A stretch of DNA of 64,000 bases from a bacterium (GTDB lineage: Bacteria > UBA8248). The stretch's first letter is position 1. Every line of letters begins with the position of its first letter. The position numbers and the translations under genes were made by a program. The stretch is taken from contig CBDBBI010000010.1 of assembly GCA_965202625.1 (NCBI GenBank), forward strand, positions 1-64,000. Direction: 5' to 3'. The notes under the pieces were generated by a model. The model searched no databases and was not told the DNA's origin. It saw only the letters and a program-made list of their open reading frames with translations. Shown one piece after another: positions 1 through 9,998 of the stretch.

Positions 1-1
1 G

Positions 2-694
2 GAGGAAGGCGCCGACGTCATTGACCTCGGCGGCGAGAGCACTCGGCCCGGAGCGTGTGGGGTGGACGAGGCGCAGGAAATCAGGCGGATAGCGCCAATT
101 TTAGAGCGAATGAACATGGACGAAGGCCCCCTGGTTTCGGTGGATACCTCAAAGGCCGGTGTGGCGCGAGTGGTTTTAGATATGGGCGTTCACATCATAA
201 ACGACGTCACCGGTCTTAAGTTCCCGGATATGCGCGCGGTGATTGCGGATTTCAGCGCGGCAGCCATCGCCATGCACATGAAGGGCGAGCCACGCACTAT
301 GCAGGAAAATCCAACGTATGGAGACCTTATGCGTGAGATATCGCGCTATCTTCACCAGAGGGTGCTTGAGGCCGAGAGAGACGGCATCGCGTCCGTCTTG
401 GTCGATCCAGGGGTCGGTTTCGGAAAATCGTGGGATCATAACCTGGAGATATTAAGACGGATGCGCGCGCTGAGGAACCTCGCCCGCCCAGTGGTCGTCG
501 GCGTTTCCAGGAAGGCGTTTATCGGAGCGGCCACGGCGGTCAAAGTAGCCGGAGAACGATTGATCGGCTCGAAAATCGCCGAGGCCTTCGCCGTGGTGGG
601 TGGAGCGGATATGATTCGCACCCACGATGTGAAGGCAGCTGTCGAGGCGGTGCGCATGGGCGAGGCCATTGGTCGGGGAAGCATTGCGCCTTGA
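2..694 (+). CDS. folP: Dihydropteroate synthase (5'-truncated by window edge)
   Basis: Frame is open from base 2: EEGADVIDLGGESTRPGA..., then SVDTSK, IINDVTG, MHMKGEPRTMQ, DPGVGFGK, GVSRKAF, RTHDV, all DHPS motifs. Confidence 0.96.
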   Translation, partial: EEGADVIDLGGESTRPGACGVDEAQEIRRIAPILERMNMDEGPLVSVDTSKAGVARVVLDMGVHIINDVTGLKFPDMRAVIADFSAAAIAMHMKGEPRTMQENPTYGDLMREISRYLHQRVLEAERDGIASVLVDPGVGFGKSWDHNLEILRRMRALRNLARPVVVGVSRKAFIGAATAVKVAGERLIGSKIAEAFAVVGGADMIRTHDVKAAVEAVRMGEAIGRGSIAP

Positions 695-772
695 AGGGCG
701 TTTTACGTGAAGGCCCCGCCCTGAGCCCGAGGTAGGGTTTCGCGAACGTGGCATGAGAGAAGGGTAGCTGTC

Positions 773-1633
773 ATGTTGGAATATATTTTTGAATTTTGGT
801 GGATGTTGCCCATCGCGTTTTGCGTGTGCCTCACGGCGACGAGCACGAGCGTGGAAGGCGCCGTTTTCTTCGCGCCGATATTCATCCTCCTATTCCCTTG
901 GGTGGCGGGCGTGAGCATCGCTCCCCTAGAGGCTGTGTTTCTGGCGCTTTCCATCGAAATTTTTGGTTTCGGCAGCGCGCTTACGGGCTACGTCAGAAGA
1001 AAACTGGTGGATTATGAAATTGCCCAAAAAGTCCTCGTCGTATCTATACCCGTAGGGATGACGTTTGGCTTTTTGGCGCATTCGGTACCTTCAGAAATCA
1101 TTTTGGGTCTTCTGGGTGTAATGATGGTGCTTCTCGCCGGCGCTATGCTCTTCGCCTACTCCCAGGGCGGCGTCCATGAAGTCCAAGGAGCGGTGAAGGC
1201 CGGATCTCCCGTCCGGATCGACGCGATGGGCAGAAAGTATTGGTATCGTTATGAACATGGGCCCTTGGGCTATGGCTGGGCGACCTTGGGCGGCGTTCTC
1301 GTGGGTTTTACGGGCATCGGTATTGGCGAGCTCGCGACCACCCTCTTGATCGTGAAAGACAAACTGCCCGTTCGCATGGCGGTGGGGACAGGGATTTTGA
1401 TCGTGTTCGCGACGGTGCTGCCTGCCACCCTAGTTCACGCTTACGTGTTTTCCTCCGGCGCGATGAGCGTGCATTGGAACATTCTATTCATGACCATCCC
1501 TGCAGTTGCCTGCGGCGGCCAGATATCGCCGTTCATCAATAATCGCGTTGATGGCGAGAAAATGAAGATGTTTCTCTCCTTCGTTTTCATCTTCGTGGGC
1601 GTTCTGCTTCTCTGGCGCGCTCTTGGCGGCTAG
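773..1633 (+). CDS. Sulfite exporter TauE/SafE (TSUP) family membrane protein
   Basis: About 8 hydrophobic segments; two-repeat pattern with SVEGAVFFAP and GFTGIGIGEL...AVGTG...GGQI. Confidence 0.8.
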   Translation: MLEYIFEFWWMLPIAFCVCLTATSTSVEGAVFFAPIFILLFPWVAGVSIAPLEAVFLALSIEIFGFGSALTGYVRRKLVDYEIAQKVLVVSIPVGMTFGFLAHSVPSEIILGLLGVMMVLLAGAMLFAYSQGGVHEVQGAVKAGSPVRIDAMGRKYWYRYEHGPLGYGWATLGGVLVGFTGIGIGELATTLLIVKDKLPVRMAVGTGILIVFATVLPATLVHAYVFSSGAMSVHWNILFMTIPAVACGGQISPFINNRVDGEKMKMFLSFVFIFVGVLLLWRALGG

Positions 1634-2644
1634 GTGCGATTTTATTTGACTCCTAAAGCGTCCCCCATCGTCGTCGTGGGCCCTGGAGCCGTGGGTACCA
1701 TGCTTGCGGCGCGATTACAAATAAGCGTCCCTGGGCGAAGAATTTATCTGGCGGGCTCCTCAAGCCCAAGCCCCGAGACGGCCGCGCATCTTGATGAGAT
1801 AAGCGCCAATGGCATCATTGTCCATGGAGAGACGACCTGCGCGACCCGCCCCTTGGTATGCAGGGGAGCCATGGATGAGGCTGCCTCGCATCTTTTGTTC
1901 GCCGTCAAAGCGGGGAGAATGAGAGAGGCGGCCACGGAATTCTCAAAAATGGCTGATCGAAAAACGATCGTGGCCGTTTTCTCAAACGGCCTGAACGTCT
2001 GCGATCATCTCCCGTCCTTTTATCGAGAGAGCGGTGTCGTCAGAGGTCTTATCAATACAGGGGCCGAGCTCGCGAAAGCGGGGTATGTGAATCAATTCGG
2101 CTCACTGGACATCACGTTAGCCCCAGGGCTGGGGAGTGTGAGGGGCTTCGCTCGCGTGAGGCGGTTGGCGGAATTTTTGGAGGTTTTGGGAGTTCACGTC
2201 CATCAAAAGCGTGATGGAAAAGATGCTGAATGGAGAAAAGCAGTGGTCAACGCCGTCATTAACCCTCTGGGGACCTTGATGGAATTGAAAAATGGCGCGT
2301 TGCTGAATAACTCCCCTGCGGCGGCGCTTGTGGACGCCTTGGCGAAAGAGTTGCAGGTGCTCATCGATGTGGAAGGAATGGCGTTCGACGCCTTAGATAT
2401 CGTTCGGGAGACTGCTCGGGCCACGGCCGGCAATAGAAATTCCATGTGGCAGGATTTGACGAGAGGTCGCCGAAGCGAGATTCAGGAGGTCACGGGCCGC
2501 CTCATCGCGCACGCGGATGCGCGAGGCGTATCGTTACCTACCCATAAATATTTGTATTATAAAATCTTATCTCTTGAATTTGGTTCTTTGTCCAAGTCTG
2601 ATAGCGACGTTTCAGGTGTTGACATGGATGGGCGGAGTCCATAA
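1634..2644 (+). CDS. panE: Ketopantoate (2-dehydropantoate) reductase
   Basis: VVGPGAVG Rossmann motif, AVK, NG, W-x-K...NAVINP, NRNSMWQDL..GRRSEI; directly upstream of panB. Confidence 0.85.
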   Translation: MRFYLTPKASPIVVVGPGAVGTMLAARLQISVPGRRIYLAGSSSPSPETAAHLDEISANGIIVHGETTCATRPLVCRGAMDEAASHLLFAVKAGRMREAATEFSKMADRKTIVAVFSNGLNVCDHLPSFYRESGVVRGLINTGAELAKAGYVNQFGSLDITLAPGLGSVRGFARVRRLAEFLEVLGVHVHQKRDGKDAEWRKAVVNAVINPLGTLMELKNGALLNNSPAAALVDALAKELQVLIDVEGMAFDALDIVRETARATAGNRNSMWQDLTRGRRSEIQEVTGRLIAHADARGVSLPTHKYLYYKILSLEFGSLSKSDSDVSGVDMDGRSP

Positions 2645-2752
2645 TGTTTAGTTCCATGCTGGGAGCTGTTGCGCCCTGGACATGGAATGGAAGCGAAAAC
2701 ACGAACGTGAAAGCTGGCTCTGTAACAGGCGTTCACCTCAGAGGGAGCGACC

Positions 2753-3628
2753 ATGAGTCCAAGAAGTATTGCCAACAAACCACATTCGAGTGGCAAAAAC
2801 CTCGTCAATGACAACGAAGCCCGTAAGAAAACGCTTAGAAAAGTCACGACCGCCATCGTTCGCTCCCGCAAGGGAGGGAAGAAGATTACCTCCCTCACCG
2901 CATATGACTATCCTACGGCGAAGCTCGTGGATGACGCCGGCGTGGACGTTATCCTGGTCGGGGACAGCCTGGGAATGGTGGTTTTGGGATATCCCGACAC
3001 AACAAAAGTGACCTTGGATGACATGGTCCATCACACACGTGCGGTGAGTCGCGCGAGTCCCAAGGCGTTGCTCGTGGCCGATTTGCCGTTTCTGAGCTTT
3101 GGAGTCAGCCTACGTGACACTATCCTGAACGCTGGTCGTCTCATTCAGGAAGGATGTGCCGAGGCGGTGAAGCTCGAAGGTGGTGTTCGTGTCAAGGATG
3201 AGATACGCGCAGTGGTGGAAAGCCAGATTCCCGTGATGGGGCACGTAGGTCTTACGCCCCAGAGCGTTCATAGGCTCGGCGGCTTCAAGATTCAAGGGAA
3301 AACCGATGACGGAGCGGAGCAGGTATTGCGCGATGCGGTGGCTGTTCAGGAGGGTGGCGCGTTCTCCATCGTTTTGGAGGGCATACCGGCGACCCTAGGC
3401 GCGCGGGTGACGCGTGAAGTCGATATTCCCACGATCGGCATCGGTGCGGGTCCCGATTGCGATGGCCAGGTTCTCGTCACTCATGACATGCTTCGTCTTT
3501 TCCGCGATTTCACGCCGAAATTCGTCAGGGTGTATGCCGATGTGGGCCAGGTGACCACAGAAGCGATAGCGCGCTACTGCCAGGAGGTCCAAGAGGGCAC
3601 GTTTCCTGCGGAAAGGCATTGTTTTTGA
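2753..3628 (+). CDS. panB: 3-methyl-2-oxobutanoate hydroxymethyltransferase
   Basis: LTAYD, ILVGDSLG, ADLPF, AVKLEGG, GHVGLTPQ, IGIGAG.DCDGQVLV motifs; exact start uncertain. Confidence 0.97.
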   Translation: MSPRSIANKPHSSGKNLVNDNEARKKTLRKVTTAIVRSRKGGKKITSLTAYDYPTAKLVDDAGVDVILVGDSLGMVVLGYPDTTKVTLDDMVHHTRAVSRASPKALLVADLPFLSFGVSLRDTILNAGRLIQEGCAEAVKLEGGVRVKDEIRAVVESQIPVMGHVGLTPQSVHRLGGFKIQGKTDDGAEQVLRDAVAVQEGGAFSIVLEGIPATLGARVTREVDIPTIGIGAGPDCDGQVLVTHDMLRLFRDFTPKFVRVYADVGQVTTEAIARYCQEVQEGTFPAERHCF

Positions 3629-3719
3629 TTTTTCTCCATCCGCAAGTAGCCTCCAGGTTTTGTTGAGGAGGCAAATTCACCGGGGCGCATTCTGCCCCTT
3701 TCACTTTGATCCTGATCGC

Positions 3720-4493
3720 ATGGACGACCACGCTTTACGAGCTCTCTTGAAAACCTCTGGACCGAGGCACGTTTCCCGCCGTGATCTGGCTCGAAGCGGG
3801 TTGCGAGCCTATCTCTAAACGGTGATTCTTGGGAAATCGGTAGGGAGTGGATTGGTTCCTGAAAGCCTTAGGGCCGGCGGCGCGGAGTATGGTTGGAGAA
3901 AGTGCTGGCGTTGGCCGTGAGGTTTCTGACCTTAGCCGAACAAAAATAATTGCGAACGGCCTGGAAAACGGCCGTAAAGGGTGTTGACAAGGTGTTTTCT
4001 TCATGTAGGTGCACTGTCGATTCTCGTGAGCACTTTCGGCTCGTCGGAAGGTCTGAAAAAAAGGGTTCTGCGGCTCAATGGGTGTCGCGGCCATCCCGAG
4101 TATATTCTTGCTCAAATTCGTCTTCTTAAGAGAAATCCAAGGGGATGAACGCTACTTCGCCCTCATTCTGTTGCCCATACTCGCTCGCGCGGCGATAGCT
4201 TATCTCATCACATCGTTGTCTTTGGCGGGAGATAGGAAGGGGAGCACTAGGTGTTCGCCCATGCGGCCATAGACCGTGAGAAGGCCGCGTCGCTTAGGGG
4301 TTAGTCTTTGCATTCGGTCTTTGTTCTGGGCTGGTTCTGGGGCGTCGTCCTCATAGCTCTTGCGGCCTTGGGCGTCGCGTGGAGCTTAAAGCGTCTTCTC
4401 GATAAACCAAGAGGCGAAGGCAAGGAGGCCGCGTATGGCGGCCTTAAAGAAATCGTTGAGACCATAACGCTCGTTCTTTTCCCTTTATGGTGA
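3720..4493 (+). pseudogene. Decayed cobS-like (adenosylcobinamide-GDP ribazoletransferase) remnant
   Basis: Fragments in different frames resemble successive parts of CobS: RRDLARS (about 3780), NGLENG, GSMGVAAI..FLLKF..LILLPILAR (4078-4272), GEGKEAAYGGLKEIVE (4308-4493); multiple stops and frameshifts. Confidence 0.5.
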
Positions 4494-4541
4494 AATTTAC
4501 TTATCATCACGCCTGCCTTCTTTCTTTAACTTTCAAACTGC

Positions 4542-4556
4542 CCCACTACTACCCAC
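4542..4556 (-). promoter_or_regulatory. Two inverted MraZ-box-like GTGGG repeats (CCCAC on + strand)
   Basis: CCCAC at 4542-4546 and 4552-4556, 10-bp period, same as the forward array. Confidence 0.5.
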
Positions 4557-4688
4557 TTTTTTGTTTTTTAACTTTATTTCAGTAAATTAAAAATATTAAT
4601 TAAAGTAAAATATGATATACTCAACTTAGGAATACACATAAGGTATACGTAGAAACCATTGGTTTTTATGCGTTTTTTGATTTGCGTG

Positions 4689-4717
4689 TTGACAGGGTTT
4701 TGGGACGGGATTATAAA
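4689..4717 (+). promoter_or_regulatory. Sigma70-type dcw (Pmra) promoter
   Basis: TTGACA (4689-4694), 17-bp spacer, TATAAA (4712-4717), preceded by an AT-rich tract. Confidence 0.85.
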
Positions 4718-4727
4718 AGGCATGTCA

Positions 4728-4752
4728 GTGGGAGAATGTGGGTTGAAGTGGG
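4728..4752 (+). promoter_or_regulatory. MraZ operator: three GTGGG direct repeats
   Basis: GTGGG at 4728, 4738 and 4748 (10-bp period) between the promoter and the mraZ start. Confidence 0.88.
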
Positions 4753-4762
4753 AGATGATGAG

Positions 4763-5221
4763 GTGCTCATTAGTTCCCATGTCGTCTCTGTGGACGCGAA
4801 AGGACGTGTAAGTGTTCCTGCCCAGTTCAGAGAGTATCTGCGGGTCGTGTTTGGCGACGATGTCGTTCTTCTCGGCAAAGATGGTTGTATATGCGTATAC
4901 CCCTTGCGGGAGTGGAAGCGTAGGTTCAGTGATAAGCTAAAATATCTGTCCACTTCCAATAAAAAGATTCGGAACTATCTACGAAGGCTGTATGGCAGTG
5001 CCCATCCGTGCAAATTTGACCGGCAGGGTCGGATTTTGTTGTCTTCTAAACTGCGCGAGAACTTCAAGATACAGCAAGAAGCCGTGATTGTCGGCATCGA
5101 AAACAAATTGGAGATTTGGGGCCGTGAGGAATGGGACAAGGAAATCGGTGGAGTATTTGATGGAGAATTCGGTGGCCCCGATGAGTCTTTGGATGAAGAT
5201 TCCGTCGAATTCGAGTTTTGA
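4763..5221 (+). CDS. mraZ: Division/cell wall cluster transcriptional repressor MraZ
   Basis: Two DxxGR motifs (VDAKGRVSVP, FDRQGRILL), LEIW; GTG start at 4763 with GGAGA RBS, downstream of the promoter (ORF-track start 4682 lies upstream of the promoter). Confidence 0.95.
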   Translation: MLISSHVVSVDAKGRVSVPAQFREYLRVVFGDDVVLLGKDGCICVYPLREWKRRFSDKLKYLSTSNKKIRNYLRRLYGSAHPCKFDRQGRILLSSKLRENFKIQQEAVIVGIENKLEIWGREEWDKEIGGVFDGEFGGPDESLDEDSVEFEF

Positions 5222-5317
5222 CGCGAGCGAGAGGGAGGGTGAGTGTGGTCGCCGCACCGGTTAAGAGCTGCAAGGAGATACGTCGCCACGCATCGTCGTT
5301 GCGGTAAGAATACGAAT

Positions 5318-6241
5318 ATGACGGCATCTCACGTTCCGGTCATGGTTCAGGAGGTCTTGCGTTTCTTGGCACCATCTCCGGGCGCTGTGTTCTTAGATAC
5401 TACCTTGGGCGGAGGAGGGCATGGCACTGCGGTTTTGGATGCGGTTCAGCCATCGGGTGTGCTGATCGGCTGTGACCGGGACAGGGATGCCGTCAATTTC
5501 TGCATGGAGCGGCTGGCGAAATATGGGTCCGCCGCGAGAATTCATCATGCGCACCATGGCGAGATGAAGCGCATCGTGGAGGAAGAGGGATATGCGTCTG
5601 TTAATGGCATTTTGTTCGATCTTGGCCTTTCCTCGATACAGATTGGCGCGCCTGGCCGTGGATTCCGAATGGACGCTTCCGAGCTTCTGGACATGAGGAT
5701 GGATCGGACGAAGGGCGTGACTGCGGCCGATTTAATCAATGGGCTGCCAGAGGAAGAACTTGCCGCTCTCATCTATAGGTATGGGGAAGAGCACCATTCC
5801 CGCGCCATCGCGCGCGCCATCGGGCGAGCGCGCGTGGATGGAGGCGTCAGTCGTTGCGACGCACTCGCATCGCTGATCGCCTCGGTCGTCGCCAAAAGAG
5901 GCGACCGCCGCGGGAGAAGGCGGCGCATTCATCCCGCCACCCGAACGTTTCAAGCTCTGCGGATCGCCGTGAACCAAGAGATGGAGACGCTAGAGGGTGC
6001 CTTGCGCGACGCGGTGTCGCTTTTGCGCCCCGGGGGGCGCATCGTCGTCATTAGTTTTCATTCGCTTGAGGACAGGATGGTCAAGAATCTCTTTTTGGAA
6101 CTCTCACGTGGAGAGGCGCCGACGCTCGAAATACTGACGCGAAAGGTTATTCGTCCTGGTGATTTGGAAGTGAAACGAAATCCGCGTAGCCGCAGCGCGA
6201 AACTTCGCGCCGCCGAGCGACTCGCCGGAGTATCAAACTGA
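5318..6241 (+). CDS. rsmH: 16S rRNA m4C1402 methyltransferase
   Basis: HVPVM, DTTLGGGGH, DLGLSS.Q, LDMRMD, HPATRTFQALRIAVN, ISFHSLEDR, NPRSRSAKLR. Confidence 0.97.
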   Translation: MTASHVPVMVQEVLRFLAPSPGAVFLDTTLGGGGHGTAVLDAVQPSGVLIGCDRDRDAVNFCMERLAKYGSAARIHHAHHGEMKRIVEEEGYASVNGILFDLGLSSIQIGAPGRGFRMDASELLDMRMDRTKGVTAADLINGLPEEELAALIYRYGEEHHSRAIARAIGRARVDGGVSRCDALASLIASVVAKRGDRRGRRRRIHPATRTFQALRIAVNQEMETLEGALRDAVSLLRPGGRIVVISFHSLEDRMVKNLFLELSRGEAPTLEILTRKVIRPGDLEVKRNPRSRSAKLRAAERLAGVSN

Positions 6242-6597
6242 TGAGAAGCGCAGGAGGCCGAAGGACGTGGCGCAAGCGGTTTGGCGCGCGTTTTTCCAGG
6301 TGGGCTTTCGCCGGACCAAGTATTTCGTTGCCCAAGGCGGGTTTCTGCATAACTCTCATTGCATGCAGTGCTGCCGCGTCGGTGTGGCCGCACCTTGAGA
6401 TGGTGAGAATCGGTTATGAATTGGCGCGCTTGGAGCGTCAAAGAGAAAAACTCTTGGAAGATAGGCGCGTTTTGCGAATCGAAGTGGCCGCGCTTAGGCA
6501 GTTGGAGCGAATCGAGTCGATTGCGCGAAAGAAAATGAAAATGGTTTTTCCAGAGCCTGGGCAGATCGTATATGTGAAAGCCGGTTCTGGAAGTTAG
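6241..6597 (+). CDS. ftsL: Cell division protein FtsL
   Basis: One TM segment plus leucine-zipper coiled coil, RIESIARKKMKM.FP; located between rsmH and ftsI. Confidence 0.85.
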   Translation: MRSAGGRRTWRKRFGARFSRWAFAGPSISLPKAGFCITLIACSAAASVWPHLEMVRIGYELARLERQREKLLEDRRVLRIEVAALRQLERIESIARKKMKMVFPEPGQIVYVKAGSGS

Positions 6598-6642
6598 GAC
6601 AACGACGCTTTTTTCTCATCTACCGCCCATGGCAGATCGCCC

Positions 6643-8496
6643 ATGAAACAGGATTTCTCTCGCCGTCTCATAGTTTGCGGCTCCTTGGTGGGATTTGGAT
6701 TTTGCATGTTGGGCCTTAAACTTGTCATTATCCAAATCCGGGATAAGGACCGTCTGGTTGCCTATGGTGAGCGGCAGTTGGGCCACACATTAGTAGTGCG
6801 GCCCAAGCGTGGAGACGTCACGGACGTGAGGGGTCGGCCATTCGCGGTGAGCATCGACGCTCCTTCTCTTTTCGCAAACGCCAGGAAAATCGCGGATCCC
6901 CACGCGACCTCGTTGGCACTCAAGAGAGTTCTGGGTGGTTCTGCGGTCGATTTTTTCAAGAAGTTGAATGGCCGTCGAAGATACGTGTGGCTCAAGCGTA
7001 AAATCACTCCGGACCAGAGAAAAAAGATTGAAGAATTAGGGTTGAACGGCCTGGGTTTCGTCACTGAGAGCAGACGGTTTTATCCGAAACGCGAACTCGC
7101 CTCCTCCCTAGTCGGGTTCGTCGGCGTCGATGATTTGGGCATGTACGGCGTAGAGCAATCTTACCAAAGCCACATGGGCGGACGCGTAGGTCGAATTCGT
7201 ATTCAACGGGACGCGAAAGGAAGGTCTGTTCATCCGGAAGCGCAGGTCCTCGTGGCCCCGCGCCCGGGGGCGGGGGTTCGCCTCACCATTGACGAAGTGC
7301 TCCAGTATATCGTCGAGAGAGAACTGAGTGCGCAAATGCGACAGGTGGGCGCGCGACGTGCCATCGGCCTGATGGTTGAGCCTCAGAGCGGGAGAATTCT
7401 CGCTTTGGCGTCCGTTCCAGGATTTAATCCTAATACCTACGGATTTTATGGCGCATCTCTCTGGAAAGAGCCCGCCATTCAGGAGCTCTACGAACCCGGA
7501 TCGACGTTCAAAATCATCACAGCGGCGGCGTATTTAGACGCGGGTGAATCGCTCGCTAAAAGATATTTCGCCGAACAGGGTGCCTACCGCACCGGTGCGG
7601 GCCGCCATACCCTGCACGACCACGAAAAATACGGCTGGCTCACTGCCGGACAGGTGATTACTAAATCATCCAACATAGGCGCGTTCAAGATGGCGAGAGA
7701 CGTTGGCGGGCGGCGTCTGTATCGCATGGCGCGCCGATTTGGCTTTGGCGAGAAAACGGGCATCCAGTTTCCTGGAGAAGCTAGAGGAATACTCCGCCCG
7801 CCGGAGAGATGGTCGAAAGTTTCCCTGGCGGCGATATCCATCGGCCAGGAAGTGGCTGTCACCCCTCTTCAGATGGTGATGGCGGTGGCCGCCGTGGCGA
7901 ACGGTGGTCTGATGCCCAAGCCTGTTCTGCTTGCTTCTATTGAGCGTGAAGGAAAAAGGACGCACCTCATGCGGGCGCCGAAGGTCAAGCGCGTCATCTC
8001 CCGGCGAGTGGCGGAGGACCTACGCGCCCTGATGAGGCGGGTCGTTACCGAAGGCACGGGCGCGAAAGCCGAAATTCCAGGTTATGGCGCCGCGGGAAAA
8101 ACGGGCACGGCGCAAAAGTCTCTCCCTGGGCGGAAGGGCTATAGTCGCTCGGATTTCATTATGTCGTTTGTGGGGTTCGCGCCCTATGAGAATCCCCGAT
8201 TCGCGCTCATCGTCATCTTTGACGAGGGGAGCGCACGGGGCGGCGCGTGGGGTGGGACGGTTGCGGCGCCGGTTTGGCGGCGAATAGCCTGGCGCGCGTT
8301 GCGCTATATGAGAGTGCCTCCGAACGGCGCGAGAGTTCTGCGCGTGGCGAGTTTACCTCCTGTCGATCGCGCGAGGGCGCGGAACGTGAACCAGACGGGC
8401 GGGAAGGAATTGGACGCCGCAAGGGGCGGACGCCGTTTTGTTGCACGACGATGGGCAAAAGCTGCCTCAGAGGACATAGGGCGTTGGGTGGAGTGA
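6643..8496 (+). CDS. ftsI: Class B PBP, septal transpeptidase
   Basis: N-terminal TM, RG...D..G, YEPGSTFK (SxxK), SSN, KTGTAQK; dcw position. Confidence 0.93.
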   Translation: MKQDFSRRLIVCGSLVGFGFCMLGLKLVIIQIRDKDRLVAYGERQLGHTLVVRPKRGDVTDVRGRPFAVSIDAPSLFANARKIADPHATSLALKRVLGGSAVDFFKKLNGRRRYVWLKRKITPDQRKKIEELGLNGLGFVTESRRFYPKRELASSLVGFVGVDDLGMYGVEQSYQSHMGGRVGRIRIQRDAKGRSVHPEAQVLVAPRPGAGVRLTIDEVLQYIVERELSAQMRQVGARRAIGLMVEPQSGRILALASVPGFNPNTYGFYGASLWKEPAIQELYEPGSTFKIITAAAYLDAGESLAKRYFAEQGAYRTGAGRHTLHDHEKYGWLTAGQVITKSSNIGAFKMARDVGGRRLYRMARRFGFGEKTGIQFPGEARGILRPPERWSKVSLAAISIGQEVAVTPLQMVMAVAAVANGGLMPKPVLLASIEREGKRTHLMRAPKVKRVISRRVAEDLRALMRRVVTEGTGAKAEIPGYGAAGKTGTAQKSLPGRKGYSRSDFIMSFVGFAPYENPRFALIVIFDEGSARGGAWGGTVAAPVWRRIAWRALRYMRVPPNGARVLRVASLPPVDRARARNVNQTGGKELDAARGGRRFVARRWAKAASEDIGRWVE

Positions 8497-9998
8497 TGGC
8501 GGTGGGGGAGAGAAGCGTGTCGTTCAGGAAGTTGACGCGGGCGATTTCCGGTGCTACAATGATTGGGGATTTTTCCGCAGAGGTTGAGGTTGCCGGTGTG
8601 GCCTACGATTCGCGCCTCGTGCGCGCGGGCGATGTGTTTGTCGCGGTGGCGGGCTTTGAGGCGGATGGTCACTATTTTGCAAGAGACGCAGTTGTAGCAG
8701 GGGCGACCGCTCTGGTCGTGGAGAGAAAAATAGAGAACCTCCCCTCCGGGATTCCCCAATTCATTGTTCCCTGCTGCCGTGAGGCTTTGTCCCTCATCAG
8801 CGGTGCGTTCCACCGCCATCCCTCCGGAGATTTATCCCTCATTGGCGTCACGGGGACGAATGGAAAAACAACCATCGCGTTTCTCGTTGATGCCATTCTC
8901 CGCTCCTCGGGCAGGCACAGTGGTTTGATGGGCACGATTCATTATCGTGTGGGCGATGACGTGTTCGAGGAGCCGCGCACCACGCCGGAAGGGCCTGACC
9001 TGCAAAATTATCTGCGCCGGATGGTGGACGCCGGCGCTTCTCATGCCGTGATGGAAGTCTCGAGTCATGGATTGGCTCTTGGCAGGTTGCTTGGATGCGA
9101 ATTCCAGGCGGCCGTGTTCAGCAACCTCACCCAGGATCACCTCGACTTCCACGGCGATATGGAATCGTATTTTCACGCGAAATTGAGGCTATTTCGGGAC
9201 TTCTCCCCTGCAAACTCCATCGTCAACGCGGATGATGAATACGGAAGGAGAATCGCCGGGACCGCGAAGGGTAATGTCTGGACGTACGCCCTCGACGATG
9301 CGGCGGACCTAAGCGTGGAAGAACTCAGAAGTTCATCCTCGGGTATGGGTTTTCAGATGGTGACGCCTTTAGGGCGGACGAGGATCGAAACAGCGCTCAT
9401 TGGTCGGCACAATCTAAGCAACGTTCTCGCGGCATCAGCGGCGTGTCTCTCGCAAGGTTTAGCGCTTGATGAGGTGGCGGCGGGGGTTGCCGCCCTTCGG
9501 AACATACCCGGTCGTTTTGAAAAGGTAGATTCAGGACAGCCGTTTTTGGTGGTAGTGGATTATGCGCATACCGAAGACGCCCTCGCCCGTTTGCTAGAGT
9601 TCGCTCGCCCCATTACGGAGAAAAGAATTCTGATCCTCATGGGGTGCGGGGGTGACAGGGACAGAAAAAAGCGTCCGCTCATGGCCGCCGCCGCCCTACA
9701 TGCGAGCGATTATGTGGTGATGACGTCTGACAACCCGCGCACGGAGGATCCGGAGTCGATTCTGAGCGAGGTGAGAGCAGGTGCCGCCCTCGTGCCGGCG
9801 AGCGATGGGCGCTGGAGGAGCATTGTGGACAGGCGCGAGGCGATTTGCGCCATCATCGCCGCAGCGCGCGCGGGGGATACCGTGCTCATCGCCGGCAAGG
9901 GGCATGAGACGTATCAGATTCTCGGTAGCGAACGCGCCCCGTTCGACGATCGCGAAGAGGCCCGCAAGGCGTTGAGTCTCGCAGGATATCAGAAGTGA
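8496..9998 (+). CDS. murE: UDP-MurNAc-dipeptide:meso-DAP ligase
   Basis: GVTGTNGKTT, MEVSSHGL, NLTQDHLDFH, VDYAHT, SDNPR (DAP-type), AGKGHE; ATG overlaps the ftsI stop. Confidence 0.97.
   Translation: MAVGERSVSFRKLTRAISGATMIGDFSAEVEVAGVAYDSRLVRAGDVFVAVAGFEADGHYFARDAVVAGATALVVERKIENLPSGIPQFIVPCCREALSLISGAFHRHPSGDLSLIGVTGTNGKTTIAFLVDAILRSSGRHSGLMGTIHYRVGDDVFEEPRTTPEGPDLQNYLRRMVDAGASHAVMEVSSHGLALGRLLGCEFQAAVFSNLTQDHLDFHGDMESYFHAKLRLFRDFSPANSIVNADDEYGRRIAGTAKGNVWTYALDDAADLSVEELRSSSSGMGFQMVTPLGRTRIETALIGRHNLSNVLAASAACLSQGLALDEVAAGVAALRNIPGRFEKVDSGQPFLVVVDYAHTEDALARLLEFARPITEKRILILMGCGGDRDRKKRPLMAAAALHASDYVVMTSDNPRTEDPESILSEVRAGAALVPASDGRWRSIVDRREAICAIIAAARAGDTVLIAGKGHETYQILGSERAPFDDREEARKALSLAGYQK

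Noticed and set aside
8247-8495. N-terminal extension of the murE ORF
   Set aside because: Overlaps ftsI; ATG 8496 coupled to the ftsI stop is the likely start
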